Source: the human T2T-CHM13v2.0 reference genome, Homo sapiens. From it: DNA of 64,000 bases. The notes under the pieces are model-generated. The model was not told the origin of the DNA, ran no database searches, and saw only the letters and a program-made list of their open reading frames with translations. Shown piece after piece: positions 1 to 38,294 of the stretch. The stretch lies in NCBI RefSeq assembly GCF_009914755.1, contig NC_060926.1; one strand, given 5' to 3'. The stretch's first letter is position 1, and every line of letters begins with the position of its first letter. The translations under genes were made by a program, and so were the position numbers.

Positions 1-59
1 TGCTCCAGCCTGAGTGACAGAGCAAGACCTTGTCCCTACAAAAACCAAAAAACATGTAT

Positions 60-2220
60 CTCAATATATAATTCTGTTTTTGTAATCATATTTTTTATTT
101 AATTAAATGAATAAAACAGAATCAAATGAAGACAGCAGTCTTTAAAAATGAAAAACAACCTGAAACTAATGAACCTAACTGTATGTCAAGTTGGTAGCAT
201 ATTCATACAGAGAAAAAAATCATTTCAAGTGACTTTAAAATACAGTATTTTTCCTGTACATCCTTATGAGATATAATTTAAGAACAAAAGAATGGCAAAG
301 AAACTCAAAACTGCAATCAGTATTTATTGATAGTAGAAATATTGGCATTATCTGAAAATATTCTAGATATATTGAAAAGTAAAGTGAAATTAAAACTTAC
401 ATAAATATAATTTAGAATGAAGATATTCAGTAATCAGTACAAGAGCAGAGAAATAATGTACAAAAATCAAGGAAGTTTATATTCATGGGTAACAAAACCC
501 AAAAGAAATGTATAAATAAATATGAATAAAATAATTTAAAACAATTTAAAAAAAGAAAGAAAAAATATAAAAAAAGATTTAAAGAATCAAGGAGGTTAAG
601 TTAAAACATTGTAATTTTAAATTTGAATTGGAAGTATAAGAATGAACTCAAAATTATATTTTTCTCTTAAAAATGTAATTTTAGCTCTGTTCTCCAAAAC
701 ACCTAGAAGTAATAAAAAGCAAGTGACGAGCTCCAGTTGTGCCTAGATTACAGTCTCTAAATATCCATTTTCTTTACAAAGCTGCCAGAAGTCTTTGGAA
801 AAATGATAGGAAATGTACACTACCTATATGAGGTTAGTACCTATATGAGCTGGAAAACAAAGAAGTTATAAATTAAGTCAAAATGATAAAACAGCCATCT
901 ATTTTTTTGAGATGGAGTCTCACTCTGTCACCCAGGCTGGAGTGTGGTGGCGTGATCTCGGCTCACTGCAACTTCCGCCTCCCGCGTCCAAGTGATTCTC
1001 CTGCTTCAGCCTCCTGAGAAGCTGGGACTACAGGCATGCACCACCACGCCTGGCTAATTTTTGTATTTTTGGTAGAGACAGGGTTTCACCATGTTGGCCA
1101 GGCTGGTCTTGAACTCCTGACCTCAGGTGATCCTCCTGCCTCGGCCTCTCAAAGTGCTGGGATTGCAGGTGTGAGCGACTGCACCTGGCCATAAAAGAGC
1201 CATCTTGAAGGGCCATTCTCTGGTCTCAGAATAGACATTTTGGGCAGAAATCAAGATAAATAATGACTACAGCTCATCAAATATATTAAAAATCTATGAG
1301 TTCATAATGACACTGAAGGAAAAACTAATTGGTCACCATTTGGAGGTCATTAGGACATTATAACTCATTTACTGTCATTACCCTGAAAATAAGGAAAGAA
1401 TTAAGCATTTTCCTGTGTTTCCTGTATATACTATGCCCAGGATAGCCAAACTATTAATAAAGGAAAGTTTTCCTTTACATAAAAAATCCAGCTTATAACT
1501 GTAGGTGGAAAAAAAAATGAAAGGATTAGAAAATCACCATTTTGCAACTCCTAAAAATATAATGGATCTAGGCAATCATCTTCAGTGGATGCTAAAATAA
1601 GTAGATTAAAAGTTGATGGAGGAACTTTACAAATGAAGAATTAGGCTACTACCTGAACCCAACTGATTGATCTTAACATCACTAAATGTGGGCCAGCCAG
1701 ACATTCCGTGCGTCTTGATGTGATACAATAGAAAGTGCACAGCATCACCTATGAAGTATTCTTGCCTAAAGTAAATTGAACCAAATAGAATCAAATCTCT
1801 AAATCTAACTACCATTTTGCCAGAAATGCCGGGAATGGAGGAAGAGTTAAATGACATTATGAGAAAGCAACCAGCCACATCTAAAATTTGTAACATTCTA
1901 AAGGATAAATGATTCTCCAACAAATTTATTGTACGAGAATGAAAGGAGAGATGAGGGACTAATAAAATAAAAGAGATTTAAGGGACTTTATAACCAGATA
2001 AAATGTGTAGACCTTGTTTGAAGGCTGGCTGCCTTTGAGACAATCAGGGAAATTTTAACACACACTGGGTATTAGATGAAGTAAGTAAAGGATCCCTTGT
2101 TAATTTTGTCAGGTGTGATAATGGAAAGATGATTATGTTTAAAAAAGTTTGTTAGTTAGCAATACATCCTGAAATGCTTATTAATCATATGATATCTGGG
2201 TCTTTAAAATATGCTGGTGT
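60..2220 (+). mobile_element. Old L1M/L1ME 3' region, interrupted by an Alu
   Basis: A-rich; L1ME-like ACAGCATCACCTATGAAGTATTCTTGCC and CTGAACCCAACTGATTGATCTTAACATCAC. Confidence 0.6.
902..1190 (-). mobile_element. AluS
   Basis: Full dimeric Alu, poly(T) at left. Confidence 0.95.
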
Positions 2221-2451
2221 CCTAAAATACTAAACAAAAAGATTTAAAGAAAGGTATGGCCATCAGGCAGAAATGTTTCAGAGATGACTGGTAGAATGGG
2301 AAAAGTATTCCTTGGTTTAAGCAGTAGGTGAGTCATTGGTGACTTTACAAGAGCATCTACAGATGGGTGGTCGAGGAGCAAGGCAGACCAAATGATTTGG
2401 GGAGAGTTAGAGGAAAGGGGGTGGACAAGTGCAGTCAGTGAGAAATTACTT

Positions 2452-3114
<663 letters not shown>

Positions 3115-3299
3115 CTAGAGGGGTTTGAGAAAGGTTTGTTTGCTGACCTTTTTTAATGTGAAGAGATTCTATAGAGAGGGAAGGGGGATAATGCCTGCCT
3201 TTTTTTTGAACTTTCAGAATTTGGTCTACAACACCATGTTCTCTCTTTTCCTGTGCCAGAGAGACAGGCAATATTCTCGAGAATGTCTTCTCCTTTTCC

Positions 3300-3445
3300 C
3301 CTGAGTCCCAGAGTGAGTAAACTTGGAACAGAGTTTCCAGCCAAGGTATGATGGATGTGTAGGGAGAGTGAGAATAAACCTCTATTGTTTTAAGCAACTG
3401 ACATTTTGGAAGTGTTTGTTATTGCAGCATAACTTAGCCCATTTG
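3300..3445 (+). mobile_element. MLT1 (MaLR) LTR 3' fragment
   Basis: GTGAGAATAAACCTCTATTGTTTTAAGCAACTG...TTTGTTATTGCAGCATAAC. Confidence 0.6.
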
Positions 3446-4890
3446 ATTTAGGGATACATTTTAACATAATAAAATACAGAAGATGTCTAATGGATTCTGG
3501 AGTAGCGTTCAGTCAGACATACACTTGCAATAACACCTTACCAATGTGGCCAAGGGAGAATTTAATGCCACCAACTGTGTGTTCTCCATCTGGGTCTCAT
3601 AGTAATGGTACCTACATCTGTTTTCTCTGGTAGGACCACAGAGAAGGTTTCTGTGTTTTCAGAGAAGGTTTTTTTCTTATCTTTTCACAAGAATGGAAGT
3701 TAAAAATAGATCCCCCTTTGGCAGCATCATGCTACCCAGCCCTTCCTTCCCTGCCAAAATGGGTTGCACTAGCAGAGGGTGGCCCAGTCTATGGGCCCTA
3801 AAATCAGAGCAAGAAGAGCTGGGGCTGGGGCTGGGGCTGGGGGGTGAGGCAGGTTGAGACACTTCAAACTTTAGGAAGTCTGTAGAGGACTTGGTAAGTA
3901 TTCAAAGAACACTGGTAAGGAAAGTAAAATGGTTGGAAACTTTGACCCAGTCTAGGTCTGCAAACTCTGAGGACCAAGCATGGTGGGATATTGGAACTCC
4001 TTCCCCATCTTCAGGCAGGATCTGGGATTTGTTGCCTGCCTGAATCCTGGTGCATTTATTGAGGCACTGCAGTTACCCACTTAGCAGCTCTCCCTGGTTT
4101 CCCTCAGTGGAGCCCCACTGGGCAGGAATGTGATTAATCTGCCCATGGCCTAAAATCCTAGCTAATGCTTTGGTGGATCAGGCTTTGTCTTAGAAATATT
4201 TTCCAGTGGACAGAAAAACAGCTCTTTCTGGCTCACCACAGGGTCTGTCTCTAAGAGTGCTCTCAGAACTGCTGACATAGTGATATATTTCTATGAGGCA
4301 GTAATTAGCCAACTGCCCTGGGGCTGATCCCTTCTACACTTGCAGCAGGTTCACAGCAGGGATCCCTGCTGGATAACCTAAGCCCAGTTCATCTTAGGAC
4401 TCAGACTTGCTTGGGCATGATCTGGAAGGCTGATGTGTCCCAGGGGGTTGGGTTTTTGAATTAAGAGCCTCATGGAAAGGAACCACATAAAGGGAAAAAA
4501 ATAATTGAAGTTCACAGGTTGGTTTAAAGATAGCAAGAAGCCAAGTACTGGGGACAAGAGAGGGCAGGGTTGTGAGGGTGCTGTGATGGATGTCTGCCAC
4601 TCCCATGGCCCTCTGTGTCAGCTTGCTGGGCTGCACTCTTGCGTCCTGGAGGAAGGAGAAGGAGCGGCAATAAACATCAAATAAGAATGGAAAGAGTTGC
4701 TCTGCTGGTAACCTCAGTAAGACACAAAGGGGACCAGGACACCTTACTGTGAAGCTTCATCTGAGAGCACCCTGATTTTTCAGTTTCCCGTGGCTATCCC
4801 CAGGGTCACCTCTGGCTTCTGCTCCCACTGGCCTCTTCACCCCACCCCTCAGCCGGCTTGGCTTTTCTCTTCTTCAGTTACCCACATTAG

Positions 4891-5620
<730 letters not shown>

Positions 5621-5799
5621 TTTCCTGCTTTCTTTCAAAGACCCCCTTATGGAAGGTGTTTATACATGTGGCAGATTTTATTTAATATTTAGAGTCCAGA
5701 AATGGTATCACATCACTGCACTGCTCAACCTCCCCTGGAGAGTCTATCTCACCACAAAGCAATCTGCCCTCTCTGAGGTCACCTGTCAATTTTGGTGGC

Positions 5800-6431
5800 T
5801 GGTTATCAGGCACACTGACTATTCCTCACTTCAGGGCCTTAAGTGCGTCACTGCTTAAGGGCATTCTGAGACACCGGGCCTGCGACAGGGGGGTTTATGC
5901 TCTAATACCAACCCAGAGCTGATGGGGAGCATATGTAGGTAGATAAATACCCCAGCTTCCCAGTCTCACAGTGGGGAGATTGTGTAGCATGTTCTACAGA
6001 GCTCTGCGGAGAGTCCCAGCACCAGCAGTGTTCTTATTAACATATGCCACTGTAGGGTGGCTATAATTAACAATAATATATTATGTCATTTCAATAGTGA
6101 GAAGGAAGATATTGAATGTTCCCAACACAAAGAAATGATAAATGTTTGAGATGATGGATATGCTAATTATCCCGATCTAATCACTCTACATATGTATTGC
6201 AACATCACTATGTACCCCATAAATATATACAATTATTATTTGTCAATTAACAAAATAAAATTTAGTTTACAAAAACACAGAAAAACAAAAATCCTTCATG
6301 GCTTCTCTCTTTTTCCTGTCTCTCACTTTACCCACCCCCTCACTTCTGTTTCCTAGCAACACCTCCCGGCAACCTGCCTACACCTAAGCCCTTCCTTAGC
6401 AGCTGCTTTTTGTAAAACCTAAACCAATACA
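5800..6431 (+). mobile_element. LTR16-like ERVL LTR interrupted by an L1M 3' end (~6045-6290)
   Basis: GATAAATACCCCAGCTTCCC and terminal CCTAAACCAATACA; L1 3'UTR GAATGTTCCCAACACAAAGAAATGATAAATGTTTGAG with an A-rich tail. Confidence 0.6.
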
Positions 6432-7060
6432 CCTACTCTCTGTATTTCAGTTGCTACTAGTTTAAATTCTCTGCCCTCTCTTAGTTTTTCAGGCCTTTGG
6501 TCTTATAGCTGAAGTCTCATGAATATCTCCGTGAAAACAACATGCCATCTACTCTCTGTATCACGCAGTTTAGCAACATAGAGGAGCTGTGTCTTTGACA
6601 TTTCAGTCTTCCTTTTCCTCTTGCCTCCACCGGTGTCTGTTTGCAGTAGATGGAAGCAGTGAAGAAATTTCTCTGCCCCTTGATATGAATTGTGCATGGA
6701 CTATGGTCTCTTGCAAGGCAGAAATGACTGCAGTAAGCTTGCTTTTATGCAGTTTTACTTCCATCCAGTGGCAGGATATGTTTCTCCTTGGATGCAGTTG
6801 GAGCGGGTGGTGGACACAGGGATTTACGGAGTAAAAGCAGGGAGAATATCAGGTCTTGCAACATTATGGTCGCTTTAGAGGCTCTGGCACCAGATTTAAG
6901 TGCTGAGTGAGGTACATGGAAGGTGGCTTCAAGGGTACATTGGAGGCACCCAATAGAGCTAAGTGGCACCATTTGGGAGGAATTTGATGGATGGTTGGAT
7001 TTCCTACAGCATAAATGAGAATGAAATCAAGGTTATCCTTTTAGGTGATGTCTATTTTGA

Positions 7061-10023
<2,963 letters not shown>

Positions 10024-10070
10024 TTATTATTTATTATTTTGTTCAAGTAGTATTTTTATTATTATTTTTT

Positions 10071-10790
10071 CTGCTCTGGAAGCTTTTTATTGTTGCTCCA
10101 AGTTTAAGAATTTTCAGTGATGGTAGAAAACCAATACTTTTAGACAACCTCCCGCATAGCCCTGCTCAGCTTCTGAATCTTGGTCTTAACAGACATGTCA
10201 ACATATTTCTCTCAAATGCGCACAATCATTCCACCCATGATTGACGGATCAGTCTTACCCTCCAATTTCAATACTTGGCTTTGACTTAGGAAGCTCTTCA
10301 GGACTGTTTTTAATTCAGAGAGTGTGGCTTCCTCTAAAGGAGATGCAGTGGTCCCTGTGCAAGGTACCTCTCCACGGTGGACACTCATCATGATAGAAAA
10401 AGAAGAAACGACTCCTTGGGTATTGCTTAAGCAACCATATTGAGCAAGCAAATTGATCAGGGTTGGAGAGAGAATGTCTCTTTGGCTGTGATGTCATTTA
10501 GGCTTTTCACTTTAATGGAACACTTCACACAGGGATTCAAAATAGAAGCAGCCACTTTGGGTTCCTTTAGGATTTGTGCTATTCTCAACAGCTCCTTTTC
10601 TACTTGCTCCAGCTTATTCTGTTTCGATGCAGCAGAATAAAGAGCCATGGCATAGCGACCTTCCATACTGTGTACCTAAACAGGAGGCCTCACAAGCTTG
10701 ACAATGGTCTGACCACAGATGTACTGAAGCATCACACCTGCCAGGAGAGCCCAGACACTGCTGGGGGGTGGCCATCACCTCCCGGGCACC
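10071..10790 (-). pseudogene. ATP5POP1: Processed pseudogene of ATP5PO (ATP synthase OSCP subunit)
   Basis: Intronless minus-strand frames [27 protein letters not shown] and [37 protein letters not shown] match OSCP; ATG at 10775, stop at 10140-10142, several frameshifts, AATAAA at 10086-10091 and a degenerate poly(A). Symbol from recall. Confidence 0.93.
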
Positions 10791-10825
10791 CTTTTACTAT
10801 TTTTTAATTATAGAAGTAATACATA

Positions 10826-11573
<748 letters not shown>

Positions 11574-11749
11574 CTAGTGGGAGTCACTGACAGCAGTTTA
11601 CTGGCTATTGATTCAATCTTTTGTCTGTGCCTGTATATGTACATAGAGGTACATACACATATCTAAGAATTTTTAAAAACATAAATATGCTAATACTAGT
11701 CCATAACTTTGCTTAGAAATCTTTCCATGTCTGGTCATAAAGATCTAAC

Positions 11750-23033
<11,284 letters not shown>

Positions 23034-23049
23034 ACAAACTTTTTTTCTA

Positions 23050-27400
<4,351 letters not shown>

Positions 27401-27714
27401 CCGTTCGCAGCACTCTATTGCATGTAATACCGCCGGCGGCACTCTACACGACTTGGAGCCGCCTGCGCTACCGTATGCAGCACTCTCCACGGTAGCTCCC
27501 TGGGGACTCAAACTTTTCCAGTTCCCCATCTTTAGGCTGCAACAGCATGGCAATGCCCAATAGAAAACAACGCAAGCAGTAGCCATCACGCTGCCAACAC
27601 TGGCGGTGCCCTCTTGGGCAGTGGCCACTGTCTGCTGGGCGCATTACTAAGCCCAGAGCACTCTATGAACTCATCATCTCCATCTGGTGTCCCTGTCCTG
27701 CTTGCTGCTCTAGT

Positions 27715-28035
27715 TGCCCTAAAAATATGCCCCAGTCTTGTTTTGAGCAGGAATAATAAGATGCACAGACACGCAAATGATTGCCAACGAACAAGTCATA
27801 TTTTATTATACTCACAGTCCCCAAGACACGGGAGGGGGGTCACTCCACACAGGGCCACACAGGGAAGTGACAAAGCAGAATGAGCAGGCGTAGAGAGAGG
27901 GAAAGCACTGGCAGACTCTTTATTGTGGATTTCTCAGGAAGGAATGGGCAAAGCAAGGTAAGCAAATGGCACAAATTTAGGATTGGATAGTTTGCATTGT
28001 TTCAGCAGATTCTGCGCTATAGGGTGCATCCCCAA
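27715..28035 (-). mobile_element. MER74-like ERVL LTR (partial), with a tRNA-Ser PBS remnant at 27697-27712
   Basis: Collinear with 40907-41560; CAGGGCCACACAGGGAAG and TTAGGATTGGATAGTTTG motifs; CCTGCTTGCTGCTCTA is 13/16 identical to the tRNA-Ser 3' end. Confidence 0.7.
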
Positions 28036-28078
28036 TTGTATAAAGACTGGTTTTGGAGAGTCTGAGTCTTAGTAAATC

Positions 28079-28403
<325 letters not shown>

Positions 28404-28544
28404 TAGTAAATCATGAGTTTTAGGGCCTGATGCTCTCTAAGCAAATTGCTGCTTCTCCAAGATAATGAACTGTAGCTTGGAGCCCACAGAGAAGGCCCTA
28501 GAAACCAGTCTGTCCGTTGTTCTCCCTCCTCTTTTCAAGATTTT

Positions 28545-29460
28545 AAAACTTGTAGCAATAAACACATAACATTAAATTTACCATATTTACCATTTTAAGC
28601 GTACAGTAATGTAATGTTAAGTATATTCACATTATTATGCAACAAATCCCTGGAACTTTTTCTTCTTGCAAATCTAAAAGTCTGTAAACAGCAAACACTG
28701 ATTCTCCTTCCCTCTTTCTGGCCTTTGGTAACCTCTTTCTACTGTTTCTGTGATTTTGACTACCTTATTTAGTCTTTCTTTTCTTTCTCTCTCTCTTTTT
28801 CTTTTTTTTTTTTTCAGACAGGGTCTCACTCTATTACCCAGGCTGGAGTGCACATGCAGTATTGTGATCATAGCTCACTGCAGCCTCGAACTCTTGGGCT
28901 CAAGTGATCCTCCTACATCAGCTTCCCAAGTAGCTGGGACTACAGGCACTCACCACCACATCCTGCTAATTTTTAAATCTTTTATAGAGACAGAGTTCCC
29001 CTATGTTGCCATAGCTGGTCTCAAACTCCTGGCCTCAAGGGATCGTCCCTCATGGCTGGGATTACTGGCATGAGCCACTGTGCCTGGCCGTTTTTGTTTT
29101 TGTTTGTTTTAGAGACTGGGTCTCACTCTGTCTCCCAGGTTGGAATGCAGTGGTGGGGGTGGGATCACAGCTCATTATAGGCTCCACCTCCTTGGGCTCA
29201 ATCAATCCTACCATCTCAGCCTTTCAAATAGCTGGATTACAGGTGTGTGCCACAACACCTGGTGATTTGACTCCTTTAGATCCTCCATAGGAGTCCTCTT
29301 GTGACTGGCTCATTTTTTTTAAGGGCCCTACATATTGTTTTCCATAATGGCTGTATTATTTTACATTCCTACCAACAGTGCCCAAGGGTCCCAGCTTCTC
29401 CATTTTCTGGCCAACACTTGTTATTTTTGTTTCTTTTTTCTTTAGTAGTGGGCATGTTAT
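28545..29460 (-). mobile_element. L1MB-like fragments interrupted by AluJ/FRAM (~28772-29263)
   Basis: ACATTAAATTTACCATATTTACCATTTTAAGCGTACAG; CATATTGTTTTCCATAATGGCTG. Confidence 0.6.
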
Positions 29461-29906
29461 GGGCTGTGTTGAGGATCAGTACACAAACATTTGTATTTGA
29501 ATACAATTCTTAACATACTAGAATGAAAATCTCAAAAGCCATGTTGTTGTGGTCTTTTCTAAAACGATTCCAGTGACTTCCCAGCTTAAAAGCTTGGGGC
29601 AAATTTTCCTTAAGAGCTGTTAATTTACAATGTAATATCATATAAATTACCTGCCCAAATTTTCAATCTTCCGCGGCATATTAACAAAGTTATTAGGAAA
29701 TAACTTTGGTTATGGACTACCATAACCAAAGATATTACAGAGTGCACATAATCCTTTTTTTTTTTTTTTTTTTTGAGACAGAATCTCAATAAGTATCCAG
29801 GCTGGAGTGCAGTGGCGCGATCTCGGCTCACTGAAACCTCTGCCTCCCAGGTTCAAGCGATTCTCCTGCCTCAGCCTCTCGAATAGCTGGGATTACAGGT
29901 GAGTGA

Positions 29907-30071
<165 letters not shown>

Positions 30072-30379
30072 TGACAGGGAGAGTAAAGATTAAGGAGTGG
30101 TTTTCTTTTCTTTCTTTTTCTTTTTCTTTTTTTTAGAGACAGGGTCTTGCTTTGTCAGCCAGACTGGAAAACACTGGTGCAATCATAGCTCACTGCGGCT
30201 TTGAACTCCTGGGTTCAAGCGATCCTCCCGCCTCAGCCACCCGAGTAGCTGGGACTACAAGCATGAGCCATCACGCCCACCCGCCCCCCGCACCCCCCCA
30301 ACCCCTTTTGAAAGTAAAATATTTAGAATGGCTTTTATTTCTAGGCAACTACCATTTTTCCCCCTCTGTCTTTTGATGT

Positions 30380-31077
30380 TCACCTGACAAGCTCCTGGTG
30401 GTAGCCGGTAGCTCTGACAGAGAGCAAAAGAAATAAGGTAAGGTCCCAACCTAGTGATCCCAGGTCTGGGCGGTATTTCACCTTTGGTGGTGCCATTGGT
30501 TTCCTGTTGTGAGATTATTCCTCCCACTGGGGTTAGGACACATAGGCCAGGGGTTGGGGGGTTGGGTGGGGGGTGCGGTGTAGTAGGAGGTCAGGGGTGG
30601 GAGGGGTGAGGGAAGACTCCCTCCTTTGCTATGGGTGTTACTTTCCTGGTTCACTTTAGCATTTAGCCCCACCTTGGGCGGAGATAGCAATCTTGCAATT
30701 GTTCCATGCCCTTCAGCTCTCCTTGGCTTGAGGCAGGGAGGACCTGGTCTTTAATCTGTCTTGTCTTTAACCTTAGTCAATCAGGAGCTGCTATGTGGTC
30801 TATTCTTGTTAGACCAGAGGCGCCTGGTCGCATGGCTCTTTTTGGGAGGACTTAGGTTGATAATGGCAACCTCATGCTTTAGGGCGGACACGGTGAACAA
30901 CAGACAACAGAGGGCTTTATGCAGCCCGCATAGCAGCAGCACACCCCTCCAGCAAGCAGTTCTGCTTCCCCACATGGTGCTAGCCATGGGGGAAGAGCCA
31001 CAGCAAGCCACACGCAGGTCAAAGGCATTTTGTTGTGCCCCTTGTGGTTGTGACCACACACCCTGCTTGCTGTGCCA
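30380..31077 (-). mobile_element. ERVL internal leader downstream of the MER54-like LTR, with tRNA-Ser PBS at 31060-31077
   Basis: ACCCTGCTTGCTGTGCCA is 16/18 identical to the tRNA-Ser(TGA) 3' end ACCCTGCTCGCTGCGCCA; both mismatches are CpG transitions. Left boundary is a guess. Confidence 0.6.
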
Positions 31078-32324
31078 GTTGTATTTTTCTCTAATTTGAT
31101 CTTTCCTCTAATTTGCTCCTGAGACAGACAGTAGCTATGAAGTCTAGCCTGTCCTGAAGGGGCTGCCCTGAAGAGGATGCTTATATTGTGTTTTTCACAG
31201 AATACTTCTTTATCCTGACCTAATGCCTGATTGTCCAGCCTGTATCCAGGTGTCCCTCTCACAGGAAGCTTGTTTATATGGGCAGGTGCCCTTGTGGCTC
31301 TTGTCTGACCTATGTCCAGGTTATTCCGCTGAAGCCGGAATACTCCCTCTAAGAGCCCTGACCGGCAGGAGGGTTCGCTTCCAGTGTTTAGCTCAGGTGA
31401 GACACAGCAGAGGTAACACAACGAAACACGTGAAATAACAACAACAACAAAAGCAGTGTGTCACTGACAGATCCCAGAGAGAAGAGGACAGCACGTCTTG
31501 CAGGGCCAGCGAGAAGCGGGGAGCCATCTGGGACATGCACGCTTAGGCAGCGGGCGGGGAGCAAGCAAGAGTGTGCAGGGGAACTGTGGGCCAAGCCTTT
31601 AGAAGGGTCCAGGGCGTCACCCAAGCAGGCTTCCTGCGGGGAGTTTTTTTTTGTTTTGTTTTGTTTTAACGGGATTTGGCTTTTGTTGCCCAGGCTGGAG
31701 TGCAGGGGCATGATCTCGGCTTACTGCAACCTCTGCCTTCCCAGTTCAAGCGACTCTCCTGCCTCAGCCTCCCGAGTAGCTAAGATTACAGGTGGCCCAC
31801 CACCACGCCTGGCTAATTTTTTGTATTTTTAGTAGAGGTGGGGTTTCACCATGTTGGCCAGGCTGGTCTCGAACACCTTGACCTCAGGTGATCCACCTAC
31901 CTCGGTCTTTCAAAGTTCTGGGATTACAGGCGTGAGCCACTGCACCTGGTCCCCGTGGGGGGTTTAGAGCAAGCAGGCATGAGTTCCGTGGGGGCACGCA
32001 TGCTGTGACTGGGAGGGGGGCACTGTGACATATCTGTGCAGTCTATGCAGGGTGTGGGAGCCAGTGGGTGAGTCTAGTAGGTTGTGCCTAGCTGTCCTCT
32101 AGGGAGGTGGTCACCAGGAGATGGTGTATGAAGTAGATTGCTGGATCATCTACCTTGAGAAACTGAGAGGAGGTGGAGAGTTGAGAACTGGAAACAGTGT
32201 CAAGGGTGACTAAGCCCTGCTTCTGGTATGAGAAAGTCCAATTTTATATTATATTCAATACGACAAAGTCCAACTTATATTCAAAGTGGATGCCAGGCAA
32301 CATAAAATTGTAAGAATTCCCTAC
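31078..32324 (-). mobile_element. MER54-like ERVL LTR (Alu at ~31644-31951)
   Basis: Minus strand begins TGTAGGGAATTCTTACAATTTTATGTTGCC and ends ...AAAAATACAAC; matches the recalled MER54 consensus. Confidence 0.75.
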
Positions 32325-32712
32325 AGCTTTGTATTACAGGATATAAAACTACCCTCTCCACCTACGGTTTGTTAAGTTGACACCCACAACAGTAAAGTGC
32401 TCCCATAATTTATATCCCACTGTTTTCTGGTTGTATAAAAAATAAACAGCATATGATTTTGCCTCTTTTTTAAAAAAAGCACTTAGTTGGGAAGCTGAGG
32501 CGGGCAGATCACGAGGTCAGGCGATCAAGACCATCCTCACTAACACGGTGAAACCCCGTCTCTACTAAAAATAAAAAAATTAGCTGGGGAATGGTGGCAC
32601 ACGCCTGTAGTCCCAGAGGCAGGAGAATCACTTGAACCTGGGAGGTGGAGATTCCAGTGATTGTGCCACTGCACTCCAGCCTGGGCGACCGAGTGAGACT
32701 CTGTCTCAAAAA

Positions 32713-32751
<39 letters not shown>

Positions 32752-33430
32752 AGCACTTAGGCCAGGTGCAGTGACTCAAGCCTGTAATCCCAGCATTTTA
32801 GGAGGCTGAGGTGGGAGGATTGCTTGAGCCCAGGAGTTCAAGACCAGCCTGAGCAACATGGCAAAGCCTGAGCAAAATGGCAAAAAACCCGTTTCTACAA
32901 AAAATAAAAAAAATTAGCCGGGCACAGTGGCGCAGGCCTGTAGTCCCAGCTGTTCAGGACCCTGAGGCAGAAGGATTCCTTGATCCCAGGAGGTCAAGGC
33001 TGCAGTGAGCCCTGTTCTTGCCACTGCATTCTAGCCTGGGTGACAGAGCAAAAGCCTGTTTCAAAAACAAACAAAAAAAGCATTTACATTTTAAAAATCA
33101 TAGTTCTTCCTTCTTAAAAATATTCATAGGCTGGATGCAGTGCCTCATGCCTTTAATCTCAGCACATTGGGAGGCCGAGATGGGGGGACTGCTTGAGGCC
33201 AGGAGTTCGAGACCAGCCCAGGCAATGTGTTGAGACCCCCATCTCTTTAAACATCAAAAATAAAAATAAATAAATAGCTGGGCATGGTGATTCGTGCCTG
33301 CACTCCCAGCTACTTGGGAGGCTGAGGTGGGAAGAGCGCTTGAGCCCAGGAATTAAGGCTGCAGTGAGCTATAATCATGCCATTGCACCCCAGTCTGGGT
33401 GACAGCAAAACCCTGTCTCAAAAAAAAAAA

Positions 33431-33925
33431 ATTACAGAGCTACTTGTGCGTTTACAAAATATAGTATTTGATAAAAATATTTCTCAGAATTGCACAAGAA
33501 GGAAGACAGGGACCACTGATAAGACAAGGGTGTAGGATATTAACCAGACTTGGCTTCTTTCTCTCCTGCTTCAGCAGAGGCTGGACTCTCCTTATTTTCA
33601 GTTTCTCCATTTTCTGCAGGAAAATCTTTACTTTCTGGGGCAGCTACTTTGGCCTGTTTGTCTTATACTTTTCTTTGCATTTTTTCATTTGTTTGTGTGA
33701 AGATTTATCCTTTCCTGCTGCCTGTTTTGGATTTGTTTTCACTTTTGTAGGGGCGGTTTTAGCTGATAACCTCACCAGTCTTCACTTCGGCTCTTCCTTC
33801 GCTGCCCCTTCAGCTGCGGGGAACTTGCTCTAGGGCATCTTGGCAGGAGGGAGGGCGTCTGAGGGTACTGGTGCCTGCAGACTTCAAGCACGGAGAGACT
33901 TCTTGAAGCGGTGCTGCCTGGCCAC
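33431..33925 (-). pseudogene. HMGN1P6: Processed pseudogene of HMGN1
   Basis: ATG at 33838 reads MP*SKFPAAEGAAKEEPK*RLVRLSAK...KDKSS...EAKSG*, stop at 33540-33542; premature stops, frameshift, HMGN1-like 3'UTR. Symbol from recall. Confidence 0.9.
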
Positions 33926-34007
33926 TTGGAAAAAGGTAGGGAGAAATCCACATGGAAGAAAGTAGGGAGTAATCAGAAAGTCCAAGGTGGGATGTGAAAT
34001 TACAGAG

Positions 34008-34162
34008 CCCTTGAGAGCCTGTTTGGAGGTTCTAACAGGGGAGTGCAGCTACTCATATACCCTCCATCGAAGAGTGATCCTCCTCTATCAGAGTAGGTTG
34101 TCCTTTTTGACGGAGCTCACAGCTTCAGGAGGAAGGGGACACCTGGCTAGTCAGACAGATCA
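34008..34162 (-). pseudogene. 7SK snRNA pseudogene fragment (RN7SKP family)
   Basis: Minus strand matches 7SK segments GGTGTCCCCTTCCTCC, GATAGAGGAGGA and GAGTAGCTGCRCTCCCCTGYTAGAACCTCCAAACARGCTCTCAAGG; truncated, with an internal deletion. Confidence 0.88.
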
Positions 34163-34189
34163 AAAACAGAGCTCTTAAGGTTCTCAAAA

Positions 34190-38105
<3,916 letters not shown>

Positions 38106-38294
38106 TGTCAGAAACACAGCTGGACGTGAGTTAAAGTGGTGAAAAAACAGATTTTATTCAGTAACTACTGAAAGTAGGGAAGGAGCTGAGCTTATTCCGA
38201 TTTCGGCAGAGGTGATTTGGGTGTTTTAAAGAAAGAATGAGGGAGACGGGAATAAAGGAGCTCCGAAGTGTCGGGGAAGTGAAAAAGTGCAAAG

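Noticed and set aside
33468-33833. 121-aa hydrophobic + strand ORF
   Set aside because: Antisense of the Lys-rich HMGN1 pseudogene.
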